DNA of 14,328 nt from Alphaproteobacteria bacterium (GTDB lineage Bacteria > Pseudomonadota > Alphaproteobacteria > UBA828), in NCBI GenBank assembly GCA_963667785.2, contig CAXXMU010000013.1, positions 1 through 14,328 on the forward strand, read 5' to 3'. Both the position numbers and the translations under genes were made by a program. The notes beneath the pieces were generated by a model. The model did not search any database, was not told the DNA's origin, and saw nothing but the letters and a program-made list of their open reading frames with translations. Below, piece by piece: positions 7,666 to 14,328 of this stretch. Position 1 is the first letter of the stretch. Every line of letters begins with the position of its first letter.

Positions 7666-7881
7666 ATGATGTCGCTCGCGCCTCAACGACGGACCAAATG
7701 GGATGCGCGGCGTGAAGCCGCCAGGAATGTGGATCGCGGACCGGGGATGATCTCGCTCTCCGACGAACTCGCGGAGCTCGATCGCCTGGAGGCGCAAGAG
7801 AGCCAGCGCCGCTGCCTGCGCTGCGGCCGCCAATTCGACAGCGCGGGGCCGGGTAACCGGCTCTGCGGTTCGTGCCGGTAG
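7666..7881 (+). CDS. Small protein with C-terminal CxxC-x13-CxxC metal-binding (zinc-ribbon/rubredoxin-like) motif
   Basis: Ends RRCLRCGRQFDSAGPGNRLCGSCR-stop after an acidic helical stretch LSDELAELDRLEAQE. It fills the gap between the candidate promoter and the next gene. Possible starts are ATG 7666, 7669 or 7747; the TTG at 7606 overlaps the candidate promoter. Confidence 0.65.
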   Translation: MMSLAPQRRTKWDARREAARNVDRGPGMISLSDELAELDRLEAQESQRRCLRCGRQFDSAGPGNRLCGSCR

Positions 7882-7894
7882 TACAGCCGTCTCG

Positions 7895-9253
7895 ATGGCC
7901 GACGAGGGCGCGCCCTTCCGCCATCCCATAGACTGGCGAAACCCCGACTTCTACGACGGCGAGGCGCTGGAGAAGGAAACGCGCCGCGTCTTCGACATCT
8001 GCCACGGCTGCCGGCGCTGCTTCAGCCTCTGCGACTCCTTCCCGCGCCTGTTCGACCTGATCGACGAAGCGGAAACGGGCGAGCTGGATTCGGTCGAGTC
8101 GGCCGGCTTCAAGTCGGTCGTGGACGCCTGCACGCTCTGCGACATGTGCTTCATGACCATGTGCCCCTACACGCCGCCGCACGAGTGGGACGTCGACTTT
8201 CCCCACCTCATGCTGCGCCACCGCGCCGCCGACCGCCGCGCGGGCCGGCGCCACACCACCGCATCCCGGCGGCTCGCCGAGACGGACAAGAACGGCCGCA
8301 TCGCCCGTACCCTTGCGCCGGTGATGAACTGGGGCTCGTCGCAGGGCAACACGCTCACCCGGACGCTGATGCAGGCGACAGCCGGCGTTCACAAGGAGGC
8401 GCCGCTGCCGCGCTACCACCGCCGCACCCTGCTCGACCGCGCGGCCAGGGGCGCGCCGGCGGTCAACCGGCAGGCGCCTGCGGCCGGGCGCAAGGCGGTC
8501 CTCTACGCGACCTGCTTCGCCAACTACAACCAGCCGGAGGTCGGCGTGGCGGCCCGCAAGGTGCTGGCGCACAACGGGGTGGAGACCGCCGTCGTCTATC
8601 CCCGCTGCTGCGGCATGCCGCAGCTCGAGGAGGGGGACATCGAGCGGGTCGCAGAGAGCGCGCGGGAGACGGCAGCGGCGCTCGGCACTTGGATCGACCG
8701 GGGCTACGACGTCGTGGCCCTGGTGGCGAGCTGCGCCCTCATGCTCAAGCTCGAGTGGCCGCTGATCCTGCCGGACGACCCGGCGGTCAAGCGGCTCGCC
8801 GAGCACAGCCACGACATCTGCGAGTATGTCGTCGGCATCGCCCGCTCGGAGGGGTTGGCATCGGGGCTCGCCCCGCTGGATGGCGCCGTCACGCTCCACC
8901 TGCCGTGCCACGAGCGGGCCCAGAACGTCGGGCGCAAGTCCGCCGACATGCTGGCGTACGTGCCGGAGACCGAGGTTTCCGTCATCGAGCGCTGCTCCGG
9001 CCACGGCGGCTCCATCGGCGTCACCAGGGGCTTCCACGAGACCGCGCTGAAGGTGGGGCGCACCACCGCGCGCCGGGCGCGCGAGGCGGCCAACCCCTAC
9101 CTCGCCTCGGAATGCCCGCTCGCCGGCGCTCACATCGTGAACGGGATCGGCCGCCAGGCGGCCAAGGAAGGCGATGCCACGGCCGGCCTTCCTGCCGCCG
9201 GCCGCGCCCATCACCCGATAGAGCTGCTGGCCCGCGCCTACGGCCTCGCCTGA
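7895..9253 (+). CDS. Fe-S oxidoreductase, GlpC/HdrD-related (rubrerythrin-associated type), with two 4Fe-4S motifs and two CCG domains
   Basis: N-terminal RHPIDWRNPDFYD; CHGCRRCFSLC and CTLCDMCFMTMCPY.PPHEW.VDFPHLM; CCGMP, HLPCHER, RCSGH, SECPLAG, HPIELLARAYG. Immediately followed by DUF3501. Confidence 0.9.
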   Translation: MADEGAPFRHPIDWRNPDFYDGEALEKETRRVFDICHGCRRCFSLCDSFPRLFDLIDEAETGELDSVESAGFKSVVDACTLCDMCFMTMCPYTPPHEWDVDFPHLMLRHRAADRRAGRRHTTASRRLAETDKNGRIARTLAPVMNWGSSQGNTLTRTLMQATAGVHKEAPLPRYHRRTLLDRAARGAPAVNRQAPAAGRKAVLYATCFANYNQPEVGVAARKVLAHNGVETAVVYPRCCGMPQLEEGDIERVAESARETAAALGTWIDRGYDVVALVASCALMLKLEWPLILPDDPAVKRLAEHSHDICEYVVGIARSEGLASGLAPLDGAVTLHLPCHERAQNVGRKSADMLAYVPETEVSVIERCSGHGGSIGVTRGFHETALKVGRTTARRAREAANPYLASECPLAGAHIVNGIGRQAAKEGDATAGLPAAGRAHHPIELLARAYGLA

Positions 9254-9254
9254 G

Positions 9255-9866
9255 ATGACGAGCCAGCCGCGCCGGGCGCTCACCCGGGCCGACGTCATGG
9301 ACATGGCGGACTATGCCAGGGTCCGGAAGGAGCGCCGCGCCGCCGTCACGGCGCTGAAGCGCCACCGCCGGCTCGCCGTCGGTCCCTTCGCCACCTTTCA
9401 CTTCGAGTCCTTCGAGACCATGTGGATGCAGGTGCACGAGATGCTTCACATCGAGCAGGGCGGCGAGGAGCAGATCGCGGGCGAGCTGGAGGCCTACAAT
9501 CCGCTGATCCCGCCGGGCGACGCGCTGATCGCGACGCTCATGCTGGAGATCGACGACCCGGCGCGGCGGGAGCGGGAGCTCTACCGCCTGGCGGGGATCG
9601 AGGACGCCGTCAGGCTGGAGGTCGGCGGCACCACCGTCGCCGCCGAGCCGATCGAGGACGAGGTCGCGCGCACGACCGAGGACGGCAAGACCTCCTCGAT
9701 CCACTTTCTGCGCTTCCCCGTGGCACCGGCGGCGGCCGCGGCCTTTCGCACGCCGGGCACGCGGGTGCTGCTGGGTATCGATCATCCGGCATACGGCCAC
9801 CTCGCCATCATGCCGGAGGAAACCCGCGCCGCCCTGGCCGAGGACCTGGACGACGGCGCGGCCTGA
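9255..9866 (+). CDS. DUF3501 family protein
   Basis: Motifs K..RRLAVGP..T..FES.ET...QVHEML.IE, EL.AYNPLIP, ATLMLEIDD, GKTSSIHFLRF, GIDHPAYGH. Starts 1 nt after the oxidoreductase stop (TGAGATG), suggesting translational coupling. Confidence 0.88.
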   Translation: MTSQPRRALTRADVMDMADYARVRKERRAAVTALKRHRRLAVGPFATFHFESFETMWMQVHEMLHIEQGGEEQIAGELEAYNPLIPPGDALIATLMLEIDDPARRERELYRLAGIEDAVRLEVGGTTVAAEPIEDEVARTTEDGKTSSIHFLRFPVAPAAAAAFRTPGTRVLLGIDHPAYGHLAIMPEETRAALAEDLDDGAA

Positions 9867-9891
9867 GGGGCGCTCCCCCTGGCCCGTACGA

Positions 9892-10455
9892 TCAGGGCGG
9901 CGGCGGCTTGACGCCCCAGAGGGCGGTCTCGCGCACCCAGCCCTCTTCGCCGGCCAGCGCGATCCGGCACCAGCCCTCCTCGCAGGCCAGCAGGTTGGCG
10001 ATGACGCCGGCCTCGGCACGCAGCACCGCCGGCGAGCCAGACAGCGGCCTCTCGTGGACGGTCTGAACGCCCTCCATGATGAGGACGGTGCGGTGCACGG
10101 AAAGCAGCGACTTGTGCATCCAGCCCTTCGTGCCCTCGTGATCGCGCACCCAGCGCCACTGGTCGAAATTCGCGATCACCAGCAGCGGCAGGCCGGGGCG
10201 CGTGTAGACCCATTCGATGGGATAGCGCCGGCCGGGGCCGACCCTGAGATTGGCGCGCTCCGCCTTGAGCGAGACGAAGCGCTCGCCGTCCTGGGCGTAA
10301 GCCTCGGATCCCGCGAGCGCGGCAACCGCGCCGAGAAGGGTCGCCAGCGCCGCGACGAGGGCGGCCCCGCGGGCGGCTCCGAAGAGGCGCGAGGAGCTGC
10401 GGCGGCCATGCCCGCACGCCACATCCGCGCGCCGGAAACGGCGGCGGGCGGTCAT
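9892..10455 (-). CDS. Secreted bacterial SH3 domain protein (two SH3-type domains)
   Basis: Signal-like hydrophobic stretch ending AYA-Q, then RFVSLK...ANLRVGPG..YPIEWVY...GLP...WR.VRD.EG..GWMHKSLLS and WCRI.....GWV...LWGV. Divergent from the 2-hydroxyacid dehydrogenase, a familiar alphaproteobacterial arrangement. Start is uncertain (ATG 10455, 10464 or 10494). Confidence 0.88.
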   Translation of the reverse strand: MTARRRFRRADVACGHGRRSSSRLFGAARGAALVAALATLLGAVAALAGSEAYAQDGERFVSLKAERANLRVGPGRRYPIEWVYTRPGLPLLVIANFDQWRWVRDHEGTKGWMHKSLLSVHRTVLIMEGVQTVHERPLSGSPAVLRAEAGVIANLLACEEGWCRIALAGEEGWVRETALWGVKPPPP

Positions 10456-10482
10456 GGCAGGCATCCCGGCCCGCGCGGTAGT

Positions 10483-10511
10483 TTGAGTCGCCATGGGGCG
10501 TTTGCTAAACA
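10483..10511 (+). promoter_or_regulatory. Candidate sigma70 promoter for the dehydrogenase-SDR genes, with a GANTC site over the -35
   Basis: TTGAGT (10483-10488), 17-nt spacer, TAAACA (10506-10511), about 50 nt upstream of ATG 10563. Confidence 0.45.
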
Positions 10512-10562
10512 AGCTGCCTGTTGCGGTCGGATCGTGCCCGCCGAGCCGCGCGCGGAGGGTCG

Positions 10563-11552
10563 ATGAGGCCTGGCAGAAAGCTCAAGGTGATCGTGACGCG
10601 GCGTCTCCCGCGGGAGATCGAGGCGCGCATGATGGAGCTTTTCGACACCCGACTCAACGAGGATGATCGGCCGCTGGACCGCGCCGCCATGACGCAGGCC
10701 GTGGCGGAGGCCGACGTGCTCGTGCCCACGGTGACGGACACGATCGACGGCGACCTCATCGGCCAGGCCGGCCCGGACCTCAAGCTGATCGCGAGCTTCG
10801 GCACTGGCGTCGATCACATCGACCTCGCCGCCGCCCGGCAGCGCGACATCCTGGTGACCAACACGCCGGGCGTGCTGACCGAGGACACGGCGGACATGAC
10901 GATGGCGCTGATCCTCGCGGTGCCGCGCCGGCTCTCCGAGGGCGACCGGCTGCTGCGCGGCGGCGACTGGCAGGGATGGGCGCCGACCACCATGCTGGGG
11001 CACCGGATCTGGGGCAAGCGCCTCGGCATCATCGGCATGGGGCGGATCGGCCAGGCGGTCGCGCGCAGGGCGCGGGGCTTCGGCCTTTCCGTCCACTACC
11101 ACAACCGCAACCGCCTCGACGACGAGACCGAAGCCGAGCTCGAGGCGACGTGGTGGCAGAGCCTGGATCAGATGCTGGCCCATATGGACTTCGTTTCGAT
11201 CCACTGTCCGAGCACGCCGGCGACCTATCACCTGCTGTCGGCCCGGCGGCTCGGCCTGCTGCGGCCGCAAGCCTACGTCATCAACACCTCGCGTGGCCAC
11301 GCCATCGACGAGGCGGCCCTGGTGCGCCTGCTCGAGGCCGGCAGGATCGCGGGCGCAGGGCTGGACGTGTACGAGAACGAGCCCGTCGTCACGCCGAAGC
11401 TGCTCACGCTCGACAACGTGGTGGCGCTCCCCCACATCGGCTCCGCAACCATCGAGGGGCGCCGCGACATGGGCGAGAAGGTGCTGATCAACATTCAGAC
11501 CTTCGCCGACGGGCACAACCCGCCCGACCGGGTCATCGATCCGGCGGATTGA
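10563..11552 (+). CDS. D-glycerate dehydrogenase / glyoxylate reductase (D-isomer-specific 2-hydroxyacid dehydrogenase)
   Basis: ATG at 10563 after GGAGGG. Motifs VIVTRRLP, FGTGVDHID, VTNTPGVLTEDTAD, GIIGMGRIG, YHNR, INTSRG, AGLDVYENEP, PHIGSAT, giving an intact Arg/Glu/His catalytic set. Confidence 0.93.
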   Translation: MRPGRKLKVIVTRRLPREIEARMMELFDTRLNEDDRPLDRAAMTQAVAEADVLVPTVTDTIDGDLIGQAGPDLKLIASFGTGVDHIDLAAARQRDILVTNTPGVLTEDTADMTMALILAVPRRLSEGDRLLRGGDWQGWAPTTMLGHRIWGKRLGIIGMGRIGQAVARRARGFGLSVHYHNRNRLDDETEAELEATWWQSLDQMLAHMDFVSIHCPSTPATYHLLSARRLGLLRPQAYVINTSRGHAIDEAALVRLLEAGRIAGAGLDVYENEPVVTPKLLTLDNVVALPHIGSATIEGRRDMGEKVLINIQTFADGHNPPDRVIDPAD

Positions 11553-11581
11553 GGCAGGTCCCTGACAGGGAGGAGACGGCG

Positions 11582-12334
11582 ATGATGCTGGCGGACCGCG
11601 TGGCGATCGTGACCGGCGGCGGCTCGGGCATCGGGCAGGCGACGGCGCGCGCGCTGGCCGCCGAGGGCGCGGCGGTCATGGTCGCCGATATCGACGAGGC
11701 CGGCGGCGAGGGAGTGGCGGCGGAGATCCGCGACGGCGGCGGCAGGGCGGCGTTCCTCCGCACCGACGTGGCCGAGGCGGACCAGGTCGACGCCCTCGTG
11801 GACAAGACTCTCGGCGATTTCGGCCGGCTCGACCTCGCCTACAACAACGCCGGCATCGAAGGCCCCCAGGCCCTGCTGGCAGAGCAGGACATGGAAGACG
11901 TGCGGCACACCTTCGCCGTCATGATCGAAGGCGTCTACCTCTGCATGCAGGCGGAGATCCCGGCGATGCTGGAGTCGGGCGGCGGGTCGATCGTCAACGC
12001 GGGCTCCATGTGGGGGCTTGCCGCCTACCCGCTCTGGTCGCCCTACATGACCGCGAAGCACGCGGTCTCCGGCATGACCAGGGCGGCCGCGCTCGACTAT
12101 GCGAAGGACGGCATCCGGGTGAACGCGGTGGCGCCGGGGCCGATCCTGACGCCGCTCTTGCTGCGGGGCTGGGACAACGATCCTTCCAACGCATCGGGCC
12201 GTGTGCCGATGGGGCGGATCGGCCGGCCCGAGGAGGTCGCCGACGCGGTGGTCTGGCTGCTGTCGGACAGGGCGAGCTTCGTCACCGGCCACGTGCTGCC
12301 TGTGGACGGCGGCATGCTGGCGGAGAAGGGTTGA
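11582..12334 (+). CDS. Classical short-chain dehydrogenase/reductase (SDR), probably NAD-preferring
   Basis: ATG at 11582 after GGGAGGAG. Motifs TGGGSGIG, VADID, NNAG, NAGS, YMTAK, IRVNAVAPG, GRPEEVA, ASFVTG..LPVDGG. Confidence 0.93.
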   Translation: MMLADRVAIVTGGGSGIGQATARALAAEGAAVMVADIDEAGGEGVAAEIRDGGGRAAFLRTDVAEADQVDALVDKTLGDFGRLDLAYNNAGIEGPQALLAEQDMEDVRHTFAVMIEGVYLCMQAEIPAMLESGGGSIVNAGSMWGLAAYPLWSPYMTAKHAVSGMTRAAALDYAKDGIRVNAVAPGPILTPLLLRGWDNDPSNASGRVPMGRIGRPEEVADAVVWLLSDRASFVTGHVLPVDGGMLAEKG

Positions 12335-12349
12335 ACGGGCGCAGCCCTC

Positions 12350-13807
12350 TCAGTCCCGCCAGAAGCGGGGGACGAACAGCACCAGCACCGTGAAGAGCTC
12401 CAGCCGGCCCAGCAGCATCGCGGCCGACAGCAGCCACTTCGCCGGCTCCGGCAAGGGCTGGAAGGTGCCGGAGGGGCCGATGGTCTCGCCGAGGCCGGGG
12501 CCGACGTTGGCGATGGCCGTGGCCGCGCCGCTGACGCTGGTCACGTAGTCGAGGCCCATCATCGCCAGCCCCAAGGCGACCAGTCCGAAGCTCACCACGA
12601 ACAGGAAGAAGAACCCCATCACCGCCGGCGGCACGCTTTGCGGAATCGGCCGCCTGTTGAACTTGCTGATGAAGACCCCGTGGGGCTGAATGAGCTGGCG
12701 AATCTGGAGCAACGACGTGGATGCGAGGACCTGGATTCGGAAGACCTTCACGCCGCCCGTGGTGGCGCCGGTGCAGCCACCGATGAACATGAGCAGCGTG
12801 AAGACCGGGAGCGCGAACGTACCCCAGGCCGAGAAGTCGGCGGTGGAATAGCCGGTGCCGGTCAGAATCGAGATGCCGTTGAAGGCCGCCTGGCGAAACG
12901 CGTCGGTGGGCGCCGCGTCGTTGGCCACCATCAGCCAGCCCGCGAGCGAAACCAGGGCGAACAGCACAAGCCCGAAGAACCATTGCACCTGCGTATCGCG
13001 GACGAGCGCGCCCCAGCCGCCGCGCACGGTCTGCAGATAGAGCACGAAGGGCAGCGAGCCCAGCACCATGTAGACGGTGGCGATCCCTTCGATCGCGTCG
13101 TTGCGGAAATGGCCGAGGGAATCGTCGGAGGTCGAGAAGCCGCCGGTGGCGATGGTCGTCATCGCGTGGCACACGGCCTCGAAGGGCGTCATGCCCGCGG
13201 CCCAGTACGCGATGCCGTTGCTGAGAGTGAGCGCGAGGTAGACCAGGCCGATCGCGCCGGCGAGCTGGGCCGCACGGGGCAGCACCTTCTCGGAACTGTC
13301 CGACGATTCCGTGTGGAAGAGCTGCATGCCGCCGACCCTCAGCATCGGCAGGATCGCGATCGCCGTGACGATGATGCCGATGCCGCCCAGCCACTGCAGG
13401 AGCGCACGCCAGAGCAGGATCCCCGGCGGCGCCTGATCGAGCCCGACGATGACCGTGGACCCGGTCGTCGTGAGACCCGACATCGCCTCGAAATAGGCGT
13501 CGGTGTAGGTGAGTTCGAGTTCGCAAAACGCGAACGGCAGGGCCGCGAACGCGGCGACGACGATCCAGCTCACGGTGGTGAGCACGAAGGCCTGGCGCAC
13601 CGTCAGCCGCGGCTCCCGCATCCTGTTGGAGAGCACCAGGCAGGTGCCGATGAAGAGCGTGAAGACGCTCGATGCGAGAAAGACCTGCCAGTCGGGATCG
13701 CCCGCCACCCCGTCGGCGATGGCAGGCAGCGCCATCGCGAGCGCAAGGGTGATCAGCAGAATGCCGACGACGAAGAGAACCGGCCGGAAATCCCTGACCG
13801 AGCCCAT
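12350..13807 (-). CDS. trkH: Trk system potassium uptake membrane protein
   Basis: 485 aa polytopic membrane protein with four pore-loop motifs (FEAMSGLTTTGST, TIATGGFS, ILTGTGYS, IANVGPG), plus LLWRALLQWLGGIGII, GGC.G.T.GGVK..R and MLLGRLE. Confidence 0.95.
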   Translation of the reverse strand: MGSVRDFRPVLFVVGILLITLALAMALPAIADGVAGDPDWQVFLASSVFTLFIGTCLVLSNRMREPRLTVRQAFVLTTVSWIVVAAFAALPFAFCELELTYTDAYFEAMSGLTTTGSTVIVGLDQAPPGILLWRALLQWLGGIGIIVTAIAILPMLRVGGMQLFHTESSDSSEKVLPRAAQLAGAIGLVYLALTLSNGIAYWAAGMTPFEAVCHAMTTIATGGFSTSDDSLGHFRNDAIEGIATVYMVLGSLPFVLYLQTVRGGWGALVRDTQVQWFFGLVLFALVSLAGWLMVANDAAPTDAFRQAAFNGISILTGTGYSTADFSAWGTFALPVFTLLMFIGGCTGATTGGVKVFRIQVLASTSLLQIRQLIQPHGVFISKFNRRPIPQSVPPAVMGFFFLFVVSFGLVALGLAMMGLDYVTSVSGAATAIANVGPGLGETIGPSGTFQPLPEPAKWLLSAAMLLGRLELFTVLVLFVPRFWRD

Positions 13808-13828
13808 CGGACGGCCTTCGCAGCCTTA

Positions 13829-13860
13829 AGCCGGGCCCGGCGATGCGGCCGGGCCGGGCT
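13829..13860. repeat. GC-rich inverted repeat between folE and trkH
   Basis: AGCCGGGCCCGGC (13829-13841) pairs with GCCGGGCCGGGCT (13848-13860): 13-bp stem, one mismatch, 6-nt loop, 3 nt after the folE stop. No U-tract follows. Confidence 0.6.
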
Positions 13861-13863
13861 GGC

Positions 13864-14328
13864 CTAGCGCGGCACCGAGGCCGCCGGGTTCCCGATCATG
13901 CTGAGAAACTCGCGGCGGGTCTTCGGGTCCGTGCGAAACGTGCCGAGCATCCGGCTCGTCACCATGAGGACTCCCTCCTTGGAGACGCCACGCGTGGTCA
14001 TGCAATGGTGCGCCGCCTCGATCACGACGCCGACGCCGCGCGGCTGCAGCACCGTCTCGATGGAATCGGCGATCTCCGCGGTCAGCTTTTCCTGGATCTG
14101 CAGGCGCCGGGCGTAGACATCCACCACGCGCGCGAGCTTGCTGATCCCGATCACGCGGTTGTCGGGCAGATAGCCGATGTGGGCGCGGCCGACGATCGGC
14201 GCCACGTGGTGCTCGCAGTGCGAGCGGAAGTCGATGTCGCGGAGGACGACCATCTCGTCGTAGCCGTTCGTCTCCTCGAACGTACGCCGCAGGATCGCGT
14301 AGGGGTCCTGGCCGTAGCCCCTGAAGTA
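13864..14328 (-). CDS. folE: GTP cyclohydrolase I, 5'-truncated by the window edge
   Basis: The frame is open to the edge: YFRGYGQDP...[32 protein letters not shown]...GISKLAR...ARRLQIQE...[11 protein letters not shown]...R.EFL. Confidence 0.96.
   Translation of the reverse strand, partial: YFRGYGQDPYAILRRTFEETNGYDEMVVLRDIDFRSHCEHHVAPIVGRAHIGYLPDNRVIGISKLARVVDVYARRLQIQEKLTAEIADSIETVLQPRGVGVVIEAAHHCMTTRGVSKEGVLMVTSRMLGTFRTDPKTRREFLSMIGNPAASVPR

Noticed and set aside
9866-9880. AGGGG-cgctc-CCCCT hairpin between convergent DUF3501 and SH3 genes as a terminator
   Set aside because: The stem is only 5 bp and there is no U-tract on either strand.
10976-11581. N-terminal extension of the SDR in the 452-aa ORF
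   Set aside because: It is an off-frame overlap with the dehydrogenase gene; a strong SD (GGGAGGAG) precedes ATG 11582.
1842-13867. Many long antisense or alternate-frame ORFs (e.g. 1842..3674, 4734..6068, 6224..7615, 7640..9304, 12282..13526, 12638..13867)
   Set aside because: They are expected in high-GC DNA where stop codons are scarce, show no recognisable motifs, and overlap well-supported genes.
1-14328. CRISPR arrays, IS elements, prophage or defence genes, tRNA/rRNA
   Set aside because: I saw no regularly spaced repeats, transposase/integrase/nuclease motifs, tRNA-like sequence or large compositional shift, and nearly all the sequence is explained by the listed genes.

Overview
High-GC (roughly 70% by eye) bacterial DNA with a gene order typical of Alphaproteobacteria (Rhodospirillales-like; taxonomy is inferred). 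It is mostly housekeeping sequence. On the minus strand at the left are djlA-like, an EamA transporter, an N-acetylmuramoyl-L-alanine amidase (absent from the ORF track because it has no in-frame stop in the window) and probably the first 31 nt of RNase P RNA with its promoter. The plus strand then carries an EF-G paralog broken by three single-base indels, mlaA, mlaC, a luciferase-like monooxygenase, a small CxxC-x13-CxxC protein, a GlpC/HdrD-type Fe-S oxidoreductase and DUF3501. These are followed by an SH3 protein divergent from a 2-hydroxyacid dehydrogenase, an SDR, and trkH plus a partial folE on the minus strand. I saw no mobile element, CRISPR array, tRNA or rRNA. The most notable observation is that the Fe-S oxidoreductase/DUF3501 pair, normally preceded by rubrerythrin, is preceded here by a tiny rubredoxin/zinc-ribbon-like ORF with its own candidate promoter. 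All calls come from motif recognition; no searches were run.
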